Part shown: positions 1-7,955 of the stretch, piece after piece
Layout: every line of letters begins with the position of its first letter
Numbering within the stretch: the stretch's first letter is position 1
Assembly: GCA_039935955.1 (NCBI GenBank)
Contig: JBDTJH010000210.1
Location: forward strand, 2,799-66,798
Source of the DNA: Gemmatimonadaceae bacterium
GTDB taxonomy: Bacteria > Gemmatimonadota > Gemmatimonadetes > Gemmatimonadales > Gemmatimonadaceae
Direction: 5' to 3'
DNA length: 64,000 nucleotides
Notes under the pieces: generated by a model
Databases searched by the model: none
What the model saw: only the letters and a program-made list of their open reading frames with translations
Told to the model about the DNA's origin: nothing
Program-made: the position numbers and the translations under genes

Positions 1-1
1 C

Positions 2-1669
2 ATGCGCGAGTTCGTGAGCACGGCGGGTGATCTCAAGCGCCGCAATCTCACCGAGGAATCGAAGGCGCTCGCCGACCAGCTCGACACCGCGTCGAAGGCG
101 CTACGCTCGGCCGAGACGTCGCTCGAGAACTTCCGGAAGAACACCATCACACTTCCGTCGGAAGCGCTGATCGCCGCGCCCGCAACGGGAATGGGCGCCG
201 GCGGCGGCGGTGGTGGCGGTGGTGGCGATCCGATGATCGGCAACTACTTCGGACAGAAGGCGCAGTACCTGACGATCCAGCACGACATTCAGATGCTGCA
301 GATTCTCGCGCGCGATCCGAACAGCATCACGGCGGACGCGTTCATCGGCATTCCGTCAGCGCAGTCATCGCCCGCACTGCAGGCCACGCTCCAGGATCTC
401 AGCAAGCGCGAGGCTGCTCTCCGCGCCGCGCGCGAGAGCTACACCGACGAGCATCGCATCGTGCAGGACCTTCGCCTCTCCGTGCAGGCGCTCCGCACAC
501 AGACGCTGCCGCAGGTGCTCAAACAGCTGATCGGTGAGCTGCAGGCGCGCGGCACCGACCTCAATCACCAGATGGCGAGCGCGTCCACCGAGTTGCAGAA
601 CATCCCGACGCGCACGATCGAGACGATGCGTCTGCAGCGCGATGTCGTCTCGCGCTCGTCGCTCTACTCGATGTTGCAGCAGCGGTATGCCGAAACGAAG
701 CTCGCGGAGGCGGGCGCGACTCCCGACGTCAGCATCCTCGACACCGCCGTCGCGCCGCTCGCGCCCACGACGAACACCGCGCCGACGATCCTCCTGCTCG
801 CGCTCATGGTGAGCTTCGGCGCATCGGTGGGTCTCGCGCTGCTGCTCGATCACACCGATCCACGCCTCCGCTATTCGGAGCAGGTCACGCGCGAGCTCGG
901 CCTCTCGATCCTCGGCGCCGTGCCGACGATCAAGCGCTCACGCGCCGGCGATCCCGATCCCGAGGAAGCCGCGCAAGTGATCGAGTCGTTCCGCACGATC
1001 CGCATGGCGATCACGAATCAGTACGACGCGAGCGGCTCGGCGATGCTCACGGTTTCGAGCCCGGGCGCCGGCGATGGGAAGTCGCTCGTCTGCTCGAATC
1101 TCGCGCTCTCGTTCGCCGAGGCGGGCTACCGCACGGTGCTCGTCGACGGCGACACGCGTCGCGGTCAGCTGCACGCGATGTTCGGAGCGAACCGTCGTCC
1201 TGGACTTCTCGATCTCCTCGGCGGCGACGCGCCGTTCGAGGCGATTCTCCGCACCACCACGCACGACCGTCTCACGCTCATCCCGTGCGGCACGCGCCGC
1301 CATCGCGGTCCGGAGCTGCTGCACTCGCAGGCGATGTCGCAGTTCATCGCCGAGCTTCGCCGCCGCTACGACGTCGTCGTGGTCGACAGCCCGCCGCTCG
1401 GCGCCGGCGTCGATCCGTTCGTGCTCGCCGCGGCGACGCAGAACATGTTGATCGTGCTGCGTACGGGCGCGACCGATCGGAAGATGGCCGAGAACAAGCT
1501 GAAGCTGCTCGATCGGCTACCGGTGCGGATGCTGGGTGCAGTGCTTAACGACATCCGCGCACAGGGTGAATACAAGTACTACTCGTACCTGTACGGATAC
1601 ACCACGAGCGAGGACGACGATCTGCCGCGTACCTCGCCGCAGGTCGGCGAGCTTACTGGGCGAACCTGA
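2..1669 (+). CDS. Wzc/EpsG-type polysaccharide co-polymerase fused to a bacterial tyrosine (BY) autokinase; the 5' end lies outside the window
   Basis: The frame is open to the window edge. A coiled-coil region is followed by the TM helix ILLLALMVSFGASVGLALLL and a P-loop kinase. Kinase motifs are Walker A SPGAGDGKS, Walker A' VLVDGDTRR and Walker B VVVVDSPP. The C-terminus carries the Tyr cluster EYKYYSYLYGY (nt 1571-1600). Confidence 0.9.
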   Translation: MREFVSTAGDLKRRNLTEESKALADQLDTASKALRSAETSLENFRKNTITLPSEALIAAPATGMGAGGGGGGGGGDPMIGNYFGQKAQYLTIQHDIQMLQILARDPNSITADAFIGIPSAQSSPALQATLQDLSKREAALRAARESYTDEHRIVQDLRLSVQALRTQTLPQVLKQLIGELQARGTDLNHQMASASTELQNIPTRTIETMRLQRDVVSRSSLYSMLQQRYAETKLAEAGATPDVSILDTAVAPLAPTTNTAPTILLLALMVSFGASVGLALLLDHTDPRLRYSEQVTRELGLSILGAVPTIKRSRAGDPDPEEAAQVIESFRTIRMAITNQYDASGSAMLTVSSPGAGDGKSLVCSNLALSFAEAGYRTVLVDGDTRRGQLHAMFGANRRPGLLDLLGGDAPFEAILRTTTHDRLTLIPCGTRRHRGPELLHSQAMSQFIAELRRRYDVVVVDSPPLGAGVDPFVLAAATQNMLIVLRTGATDRKMAENKLKLLDRLPVRMLGAVLNDIRAQGEYKYYSYLYGYTTSEDDDLPRTSPQVGELTGRT

Positions 1670-2603
1670 GCGACGAGCTGTCGTAGGCGCGGAGCTCGTT
1701 GCCGCGCTCGGCGTTCCGAACGGCACGCAGCGCCGAGTTCGCGCGCAGCAGCATCTCCACCGCATCGATGGCCGACCGCGCCCCATCCGCGACGGAGCAG
1801 TAGCCCGCACGCAGCTCCACGCGCTGCGCGATGCCGGCAGGGTGCGTGAGCATGTCGGAGAGCTGCGATTCGAGGCGTTCCATCATGCGAATCGCGCCCG
1901 GCTCTTCGGTGGCCGGCGCGATGATCGCAAACTCCGCGGGGCCGAGGCGTCCGATCGCATCCGACGCGCGTCCCGTACGACGCACGATGGCGCCGAGCCG
2001 CTCGATCATGATCTCGGTGATCGCGGCAGGCGTAGGCTCGGTGTCCGTGGTGGCGACGGGAGTGAACGCGACGCAGGAGATCGGCGCGTGGAGACGCTGC
2101 GCATCGGCAGACATCTCGCGTGCGCGGCGAACCATCCCCTGCATGTTGTACAACCCCGTCGCCTGGTCGAGCAGACTCTCATCACGGAGTCGATCCACGG
2201 CGCGCTTGCCACGCATGAACGCATCGAGCTTGAGCAGCAGCATCTCGGAGTCGAGCGGTTGACTGACGATCTCCCACGCACCGGCCTTGAATGCCTCGAG
2301 GCGCTCTTCGCGCTCGGGGGTGCCGGAGCTCGTGAAGATGATCGGCGTCTCCTCCGGAAAGTGCGGATCGTCGCGAAGCGCGCGGCAGACATCGACGCCG
2401 CGCATGTCGGGAAGCCGAACGTCGACCATGATGAGATCGGGCTGCGCGCTACGCACGAGACCGAGGAGCTGGCGACCGGTGTATGCGCGCAGGACTGCGA
2501 AGCCGTGCGGTCCGAGGATCGTCTCCAGGGAACGCGCGGCCCATTCATGCTCGTTAGCGAGCAGAATGAGAGGAGGTCGTGGTGTGAGACCGGCTTCCGT
2601 CAT
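1653..2603 (-). CDS. Receiver domain fused to a degenerate GGDEF domain (GPAEF) that retains the RxxD I-site
   Basis: The start is taken at MTEAGLTP (ATG 2603-2601), because the upstream part of the 345-aa ORF is Arg/Cys-rich junk. Receiver motifs are DLIMVDVRLPD, IIFTSSG and FKAGA. The GGDEF region reads RASDAIGRLGPAEFAIIAP (nt 1929-1970). Confidence 0.85.
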   Translation of the reverse strand: MTEAGLTPRPPLILLANEHEWAARSLETILGPHGFAVLRAYTGRQLLGLVRSAQPDLIMVDVRLPDMRGVDVCRALRDDPHFPEETPIIFTSSGTPEREERLEAFKAGAWEIVSQPLDSEMLLLKLDAFMRGKRAVDRLRDESLLDQATGLYNMQGMVRRAREMSADAQRLHAPISCVAFTPVATTDTEPTPAAITEIMIERLGAIVRRTGRASDAIGRLGPAEFAIIAPATEEPGAIRMMERLESQLSDMLTHPAGIAQRVELRAGYCSVADGARSAIDAVEMLLRANSALRAVRNAERGNELRAYDSSSLRFAQ

Positions 2604-2950
2604 GCACTTCCGGGTTGCTGGAGCGGTGCGGCGCAGCGGCCATCCTCGCGTTGCGACGCAGCGGCACGCCCTGCACGTAGTATGCGCCACGCGCGCACGT
2701 CTCCTAACGCATTGATTTAGTGCCTCTTAGAGAAAGTTCATCAACACAGGCAGACGCTTTCATGGGGCACGCGCGCTACATGACCGATGTAATGGTGAGA
2801 CGCGACGTATGCGACGTGTATCACACCGCTAATGAAACGCGGATCACAGAGTGTCGCAAGCATATGTGATTCATTTCTTTCCACCCACGTAATCTGCTTA
2901 CATTCGCAACGTGACCAGCGCGAACGCTATTGTAGAGGGGAGGCCACAGC

Positions 2951-2966
2951 TGGCACCGTCCGTGCT
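2951..2966 (+). promoter_or_regulatory. Candidate sigma-54 (RpoN) -24/-12 promoter for the wza-like operon
   Basis: The sequence is TGGCACcgtccGTGCT. It has an exact TGGCAC, exact GG-N10-GC spacing and one mismatch to the TTGCW -12 element. It lies in the roughly 450-nt lower-GC gap between the divergent regulator and exporter genes, about 95-110 nt upstream of the plausible Wza start. Confidence 0.5.
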
Positions 2967-3073
2967 CTTTGATGCGGTTGGGTTCGCCTCCCAAGTCACC
3001 AAGCCGTAAAGATTTATCCGTTCATGGCATTCTTCTCACCTCTAGCACGGCTGGTGCAATGATCACCGGGTAC

Positions 3074-3907
3074 ATGCGCACTTCATTTCGTTACAGCCTC
3101 GACCGGCTGCAAAGTTCGGCACGCGGAGTCCTGACCGTCTCCATGCTGGCAATCGGCATCAGCGCCTGCCACCACTCGGCGCCGCCGGTACAGTCGAAGC
3201 TCCTTCCTGCGAGCGACTCGCCGCATGCGGAAGCCACGAGGACGCAGCTGCAGGAGATGGCGGTCAACACGGATCAGGAAGCGAATGCTTCCACGGATCA
3301 GGCGACGAAGTCGCAGAAGATGATGCAGGCGGCAACGATTCGCGCTCGCCTTCGTGATGGTGATTTCGATGTCGGGGATCGCGTCTACGTCTCGATTCGC
3401 ACCGACTCGACGATCAGCGACACGGTCACTGTACGCGCGGGAAGAATGATCCGGCTTCCGAACATTCCGGACATCTCGCTGCAGGGCGTGCTTCGCTCGG
3501 AGCTCCAGGATTATCTGACGGCGCAGCTGACGCGCTATATCAAGCGGCCCGATGTGCAGACGACGTCGCTCGTGCGCGTGGCGGTGATGGGCGCGGTGAG
3601 CAAGCCGGGCTTCTATCAGTTGCCGGCGGATCTCGCGCTCGCGGATGCGATCATGATGGCGGGCGGGCCGACGAGTAATGCGGATGTAGACCGGACGCAG
3701 GTGAAGCGCGGCAACGATGTCGTTTACTCGTCGACGCTTCTCGGACAGGAAGTTGCAAAGGGAGCAACGCTCGACCAGCTCAATATCAGACCTGGTGATC
3801 AGATTCTCATTGGCGAACGACACAAGACGAACTGGGGGTTGATTGCCTCGATCGTCGGCATCAGCGCCGGACTCATTAGCACGATTGTCGTATTGAGGCG
3901 CCATTGA
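3074..3907 (+). CDS. Wza-type outer-membrane polysaccharide export lipoprotein (Poly_export + SLBB)
   Basis: A lipoprotein-like signal reads VSMLAIGISAC. The export-domain region reads DFDVGDRVYVSIRTD...IRLPNIPDISLQGV...LTRYIKRPDV, and the SLBB-like region reads VAVMGAVSKPGFYQLPADLALADAIMMAGG. The start is uncertain, with alternatives at 3059 and 2972. A start at 2972 conflicts with the sigma-54 site. Confidence 0.85.
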   Translation: MRTSFRYSLDRLQSSARGVLTVSMLAIGISACHHSAPPVQSKLLPASDSPHAEATRTQLQEMAVNTDQEANASTDQATKSQKMMQAATIRARLRDGDFDVGDRVYVSIRTDSTISDTVTVRAGRMIRLPNIPDISLQGVLRSELQDYLTAQLTRYIKRPDVQTTSLVRVAVMGAVSKPGFYQLPADLALADAIMMAGGPTSNADVDRTQVKRGNDVVYSSTLLGQEVAKGATLDQLNIRPGDQILIGERHKTNWGLIASIVGISAGLISTIVVLRRH

Positions 3908-4764
3908 GTAACGGACGTAGCGAAGGAGCAGCAAAAGTGTGGAGTATCCCGCAGGTCATCGATCAGCCGACGGTTGAGCGCGCTCCGATTCGTCGTCGGA
4001 GCGGAGCGTCGCGCATCGTCGCGCCCTCCGCGCCCGCCGCGGATTCGCAGATGGGGATCGAGACGTCGCGTCGCGCCGACCGGCGTATCACGCCCCAGGC
4101 GCCTACGATCGTCGAGGCCGAGCGCTCGGAGATCGCGAATCGCTGCGTGAACGTCGCGCTGGCATCGCTGTCGCTCGTCGCGCTGTCACCCGTGATCGTG
4201 CTCGTCGCGATCGCTGTCAAGCTCACGTCGCGCGGTCCGGCGGTGTACTCGCAGACGCGCGTCGGGCTCGATCGGCGCCGCCACGTGATCGATGCGCTGT
4301 ACAGCAATCGGAAGCAGGACCAAGGCGGGATAATCTTCACGATCTACAAGTTCCGCACGATGCGCGCGGACGCGGAGCGAAATTCGGGCGCAGTATGGGC
4401 CACGCGCAACGATCCACGCGTGACCAAGCTCGGCCGCATTCTCCGTCGCACCCGCCTCGATGAGCTGCCGCAACTGTGGAACGTGATCCGAGGCGACATG
4501 AACATCGTTGGTCCGCGCCCGGAGCGTCCGAGCATCTTCGTTCGCCTGCGCGAGGATCTTCCGGACTACAGGCTCCGCCAGCGCACCCGCCCCGGCATCA
4601 CCGGATGGGCGCAGATCAACCATGCGTACGACACGTCGATCGACGATGTGCGAACGAAGATCCGCTACGACCTCGAGTATCTCGAGCGCCAGTGCCTGGC
4701 GGAAGATTTGAAGATCATGGCGAAGACGGTTCCGGTGATGCTGTTCCGGCGCAGCGGCTGGTAA
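3904..4764 (+). CDS. Polyprenyl-phosphate glycosyl-1-phosphate transferase (bacterial sugar transferase, WbaP/EpsL-like priming enzyme)
   Basis: The hallmark motifs are FTIYKFRTMRADAE and RVTKLGRILRRTRLDELPQLWNVIRGDMNIVGPRPERP. There is one N-terminal TM helix. The TTG start overlaps the wza stop as TTGA; an alternative GTG lies at 3937. Confidence 0.93.
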   Translation: MSNGRSEGAAKVWSIPQVIDQPTVERAPIRRRSGASRIVAPSAPAADSQMGIETSRRADRRITPQAPTIVEAERSEIANRCVNVALASLSLVALSPVIVLVAIAVKLTSRGPAVYSQTRVGLDRRRHVIDALYSNRKQDQGGIIFTIYKFRTMRADAERNSGAVWATRNDPRVTKLGRILRRTRLDELPQLWNVIRGDMNIVGPRPERPSIFVRLREDLPDYRLRQRTRPGITGWAQINHAYDTSIDDVRTKIRYDLEYLERQCLAEDLKIMAKTVPVMLFRRSGW

Positions 4765-4784
4765 GGCAACTCGCAAGAATCGCA

Positions 4785-6488
4785 TTGAAGATACGGGGCG
4801 CTACTTTGCGGAGGTACATCGCCGGATCGGTTGCATGCACCGCGAATCGTCTCGTCGCGCTTGTGACAGTAAGCACGCTTTTCACCTGTGCTCCCGTCTC
4901 CGCACAACAGCCGCGGACGATCGTGATCGACTCCGCACGTCGTTCGCTCGAAGTGGGGCAATCGACCACCGTTCGGGCGACCGTTCTTGACTCCGCCGGT
5001 CACGTTGTTCAGCGTGCCGTTGCTTGGTCTAGTGACAATCCTGCGATCGCCCGTGTCGATGCCGATGGAGTCATCACCGCCGCCGGCGCCGGCGTGACCG
5101 GAGTGAGCGGAAGGATCGGTCCGAACGTGGCGTCGACACAGGTGAGCGTGTATTCGTCCTCCTCCGCGGGCACCGTGAAAGATCACGCCGATGGAGGGCA
5201 GCTCGAGCACACCAATGTGGTGGCGTCGAGGGCGCTGGCGAGAAGCGGGACGGCTCGATCTCCGCACTACTCGCACATTAGCGTGTTTTACACGGATTTC
5301 TATTCCACCTATGCGTCTCCATCTGACCGCGACGCGACGATCGCCTTCCTCGGCCCGCGAGTGGATGCGATAATGTCGGGGCCGGCGGCGGCGTGGAAGA
5401 ATGTGAATCCCACGGTTCGATACTTCCCATACGCGTTGCAGTACGAGGTCGTGCAGAGTCCGTCCGGAAAATCCGACGCCAGTCTGACGACGGCCTTTAC
5501 AGCCGACATGATTCACTGGTATGCGTCGCATCTCAAGTACGATTACGAATCCGCGTATCTGCATCGAGGTGGTCACGATTCGACTCATCGAGTAGCGTTC
5601 AAAAATGAGTCATATCGGTGGCTCATCAATCCCGACGACGCAGGCTCGCGCGCGTACCAGGCTGACCGTTTCGTGCGCATCGCGGAGGGACACGCAGGCG
5701 TATTTCTCGATGAATTCGGGGGCCCGATGTACGGCGCGATTAAGCCGACGGACGAATTCGCGACCGGCGCGGCGTATCTCGCGTCGGAAGCAGCGATGAT
5801 CGCGCACATTCACGCGGCGATTGCTCCCCGCATACTACTGATCAACATCGCGGAATACTGGACACCAACGGATTCGGCGATTGTCGTGGCGGGTGGCGGC
5901 GCACAGCTCGAGCGAACGAATTATCCATTTAGCGATCGAACCGAGGGCCGCTGGACGCAGATCGACCATCTGCTGGCAAGTGGTGTCTATACGGAGTTCG
6001 TGACGGCGATCTCGTATTCCGAATGGGCCGGCGTCACGCACAAGCATCCCAGCTTTGATGGAGGGCTCTACAGCTCGCCTACGGAGCGCGGGCAAATGTC
6101 GCAGCTCGCGAGCTACTACATGGCGGTGGGCGATGATCCCCAGCAGCTCTCATTCGATCAGCAGAATTTCTGGAATATTCGCCCGGACAAAGCGTGGGCG
6201 AGCGCGGTGGAGGTGGATGTTGGACATCCTGTGCAGGCGAGACACATCATCGCTAGGGGAGCCGATCCGAAGGGTCAGCAATATCGGATCTACGCGCGGG
6301 AATTCGAGCGCGCACTCGTGCTCGTGCGACCGGCCGTGGATTGGCGAACGACCGTCTACGGCGATGACACCGCGATCGAAGTCCCCCTGCCAAAGCCGAT
6401 GCGGTTGCTCCACCGCGACGGGACACTCGGAGCTTCCGTGACGAGCGTGAAGTTGCGGAACGTCGATGCCGCAATTCTCATCAAATAG
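4785..6488 (+). CDS. Secreted protein: signal peptide, one Big_2 (bacterial Ig-like) domain and an unassigned roughly 430-aa C-terminal domain (paralog A)
   Basis: There is no ATG; the start is TTG at 4785 or 4806. The signal peptide ends VSTLFTCAPVSA-QQ. The Big_2-like stretch reads LEVGQSTTVRATVLDSAGHVV...WSSDNPAIARVDADGVITAAGAGV. The C-terminal domain aligns along its length with the C-terminal domain of 7956-9962. The upstream part of the 670-aa ORF overlaps the sugar-transferase gene and is rejected. Confidence 0.7.
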   Translation: MKIRGATLRRYIAGSVACTANRLVALVTVSTLFTCAPVSAQQPRTIVIDSARRSLEVGQSTTVRATVLDSAGHVVQRAVAWSSDNPAIARVDADGVITAAGAGVTGVSGRIGPNVASTQVSVYSSSSAGTVKDHADGGQLEHTNVVASRALARSGTARSPHYSHISVFYTDFYSTYASPSDRDATIAFLGPRVDAIMSGPAAAWKNVNPTVRYFPYALQYEVVQSPSGKSDASLTTAFTADMIHWYASHLKYDYESAYLHRGGHDSTHRVAFKNESYRWLINPDDAGSRAYQADRFVRIAEGHAGVFLDEFGGPMYGAIKPTDEFATGAAYLASEAAMIAHIHAAIAPRILLINIAEYWTPTDSAIVVAGGGAQLERTNYPFSDRTEGRWTQIDHLLASGVYTEFVTAISYSEWAGVTHKHPSFDGGLYSSPTERGQMSQLASYYMAVGDDPQQLSFDQQNFWNIRPDKAWASAVEVDVGHPVQARHIIARGADPKGQQYRIYAREFERALVLVRPAVDWRTTVYGDDTAIEVPLPKPMRLLHRDGTLGASVTSVKLRNVDAAILIK

Positions 6489-6515
6489 CGTGCGTAGGAT
6501 GATCGCCGCCGGCGT

Positions 6516-7613
6516 TTGCCGGTGACGCCGCTCGTCGCACGTGCACGCCACCTTCCAGCGCTCGACGGTCTTCGCGCCGTCGCCGTATTCATCGTCATTG
6601 CCTACCACGCCGAATTGATCCAGGGAATTCCCGGCGACCTGGGCGTCACGCTCTTCTTCGTACTGTCCGGCTTCCTCATTACGTGGTTGCTGCTGCGGGA
6701 GTTCGCCTCGACCGGATCGATATCGATACGTGCGTTCTACACGAGACGTGCGCTCCGAATTTTCCCAGCCTACTACATGTTCATCCTCTTTTCTCTGGCG
6801 CTCGACACCGCACGGGGGCATCGCTGGTCGCTTGGCCTGATCTCGGTCGCCTTCACCTACCTCGTCAACTATTACAATGCTTTTCTCGGGCATCCGACGA
6901 CGTCGATCGCGCATGCGTGGAGCCTGGCAGTCGAGGAGCAGTTCTACTTGCTTTGGCCATTGGCGTGTCTGGCCCTTCTCCATCGCTCGCGCGCAGTCGC
7001 GAGGCGTACGGTTGGAATCGTCATCGTAGCTGTCGTCCTCTGGCGATCGGCGCTGTATCTGTTTCTGCACGCGCCAGCCTCATACGTCTACAACGCGTTT
7101 GATACACGGTGTGATGCGCTGGCGATCGGCTGCTTTATCGCTCTCTCATCCGAGGAGAGCTGGTTCGCTTCTCTCGAACGACGAATTCGGTCATCATCGT
7201 TGTTGCCGCTAGTGCCGATCGCCTTGATTCTGCTGTTTCGACACTATTCCTCACTAGCGTATCACTATAGCGTCGGGATGACGGTCGACGCGGTACTGAT
7301 CGCGCTTTTCATGATTCAGATGCTCGGACTTTCGACGACTCGACTCTGGTCCTGGCTCGACCATCCGATAACTCGCACACTTGGTCTCATCTCCTACCCG
7401 TGCTATCTGTATCATGCATGGGGACTGTCCGTGGGGGAGAAACTTCTCCCTCATGGCCCAAAGGTGCTGACGTTTGCAGTGGGTTACGCCGCTACGCTTT
7501 GTATGGCGTGGGGCTCGTTCAAGATCATCGAGCGTCCGTTTCTCACCATCAAGGATCGCATCTCCGCGTCTCCTCCAAGCGCGCAAAACGTGTCGGTCGG
7601 CATCGGTCTGTAG
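6516..7613 (+). CDS. Acyltransferase family 3 (integral-membrane O-acyl/acetyltransferase, OafA/WecH-like)
   Basis: The N-terminal signature is LPALDGLRAVAVFIVIAYH. About 10 predicted TM helices follow. SLAVEEQFYLLWP resembles the family motif. The start is TTG. Confidence 0.88.
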   Translation: MPVTPLVARARHLPALDGLRAVAVFIVIAYHAELIQGIPGDLGVTLFFVLSGFLITWLLLREFASTGSISIRAFYTRRALRIFPAYYMFILFSLALDTARGHRWSLGLISVAFTYLVNYYNAFLGHPTTSIAHAWSLAVEEQFYLLWPLACLALLHRSRAVARRTVGIVIVAVVLWRSALYLFLHAPASYVYNAFDTRCDALAIGCFIALSSEESWFASLERRIRSSSLLPLVPIALILLFRHYSSLAYHYSVGMTVDAVLIALFMIQMLGLSTTRLWSWLDHPITRTLGLISYPCYLYHAWGLSVGEKLLPHGPKVLTFAVGYAATLCMAWGSFKIIERPFLTIKDRISASPPSAQNVSVGIGL

Positions 7614-7955
7614 CGCCCACTCTCTCTCCGACACCACATAGATTTTCTTAGCTCGGCGCGACGCGGCGCAGTCAAGCGTCACTGTAATCATATGTATCAA
7701 CGTCGCCGCGTTAAGCGCGCGATGACCGCAACAAAACCACGCCATAAATCCATCGTGACGTCCGGCAAAGAAGACGCGTCTCTCCACCACGATCATCCTA
7801 CTAACCCATAGTACGGCGCGATCGCATGGGCTCATGCCCGGCGACAACGGCAAACCCGCCGAAAGACGGGGACGCAAAGCCAACGAGACTAAGGTGTGCC
7901 ACCCGGCACATTACGTCGGTCGGGTTGCCCGAAGAGCCTGTAAGGACTTTGGCTT

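Noticed and set aside
196-225. GGC/GGT codon run encoding Gly9 in Wzc, considered together with the Gly7 run at about 10331-10350 and the Pro run at about 8610-8650, as possible tandem repeats or arrays.
   Set aside because: These are in-frame homopolymeric amino-acid linkers inside genes. They have no spacer/repeat organisation, so they are not CRISPR or VNTR-like elements.
2843-2870. ATCACA-N16-TGTGAT as a CRP/FNR-type site.
   Set aside because: The orientation and spacing are wrong for the TGTGA-N6-TCACA consensus. It is retained only as a speculative activator site in the sigma-54 finding.
4476-4784. Upstream extension of the 670-aa ORF for paralog A.
   Set aside because: It overlaps the conserved C-terminus of the sugar-transferase gene and has a biased His/Arg/Pro composition. 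The signal peptide begins after TTG 4785/4806.
7692-7811. 39-aa basic ORF (MYQRRRVKRAMTATKPRHKS...) in the 342-nt gap before paralog B.
   Set aside because: It has no upstream Shine-Dalgarno-like sequence, no hydrophobic or motif content and no support beyond being open. The gap is more likely a promoter region.
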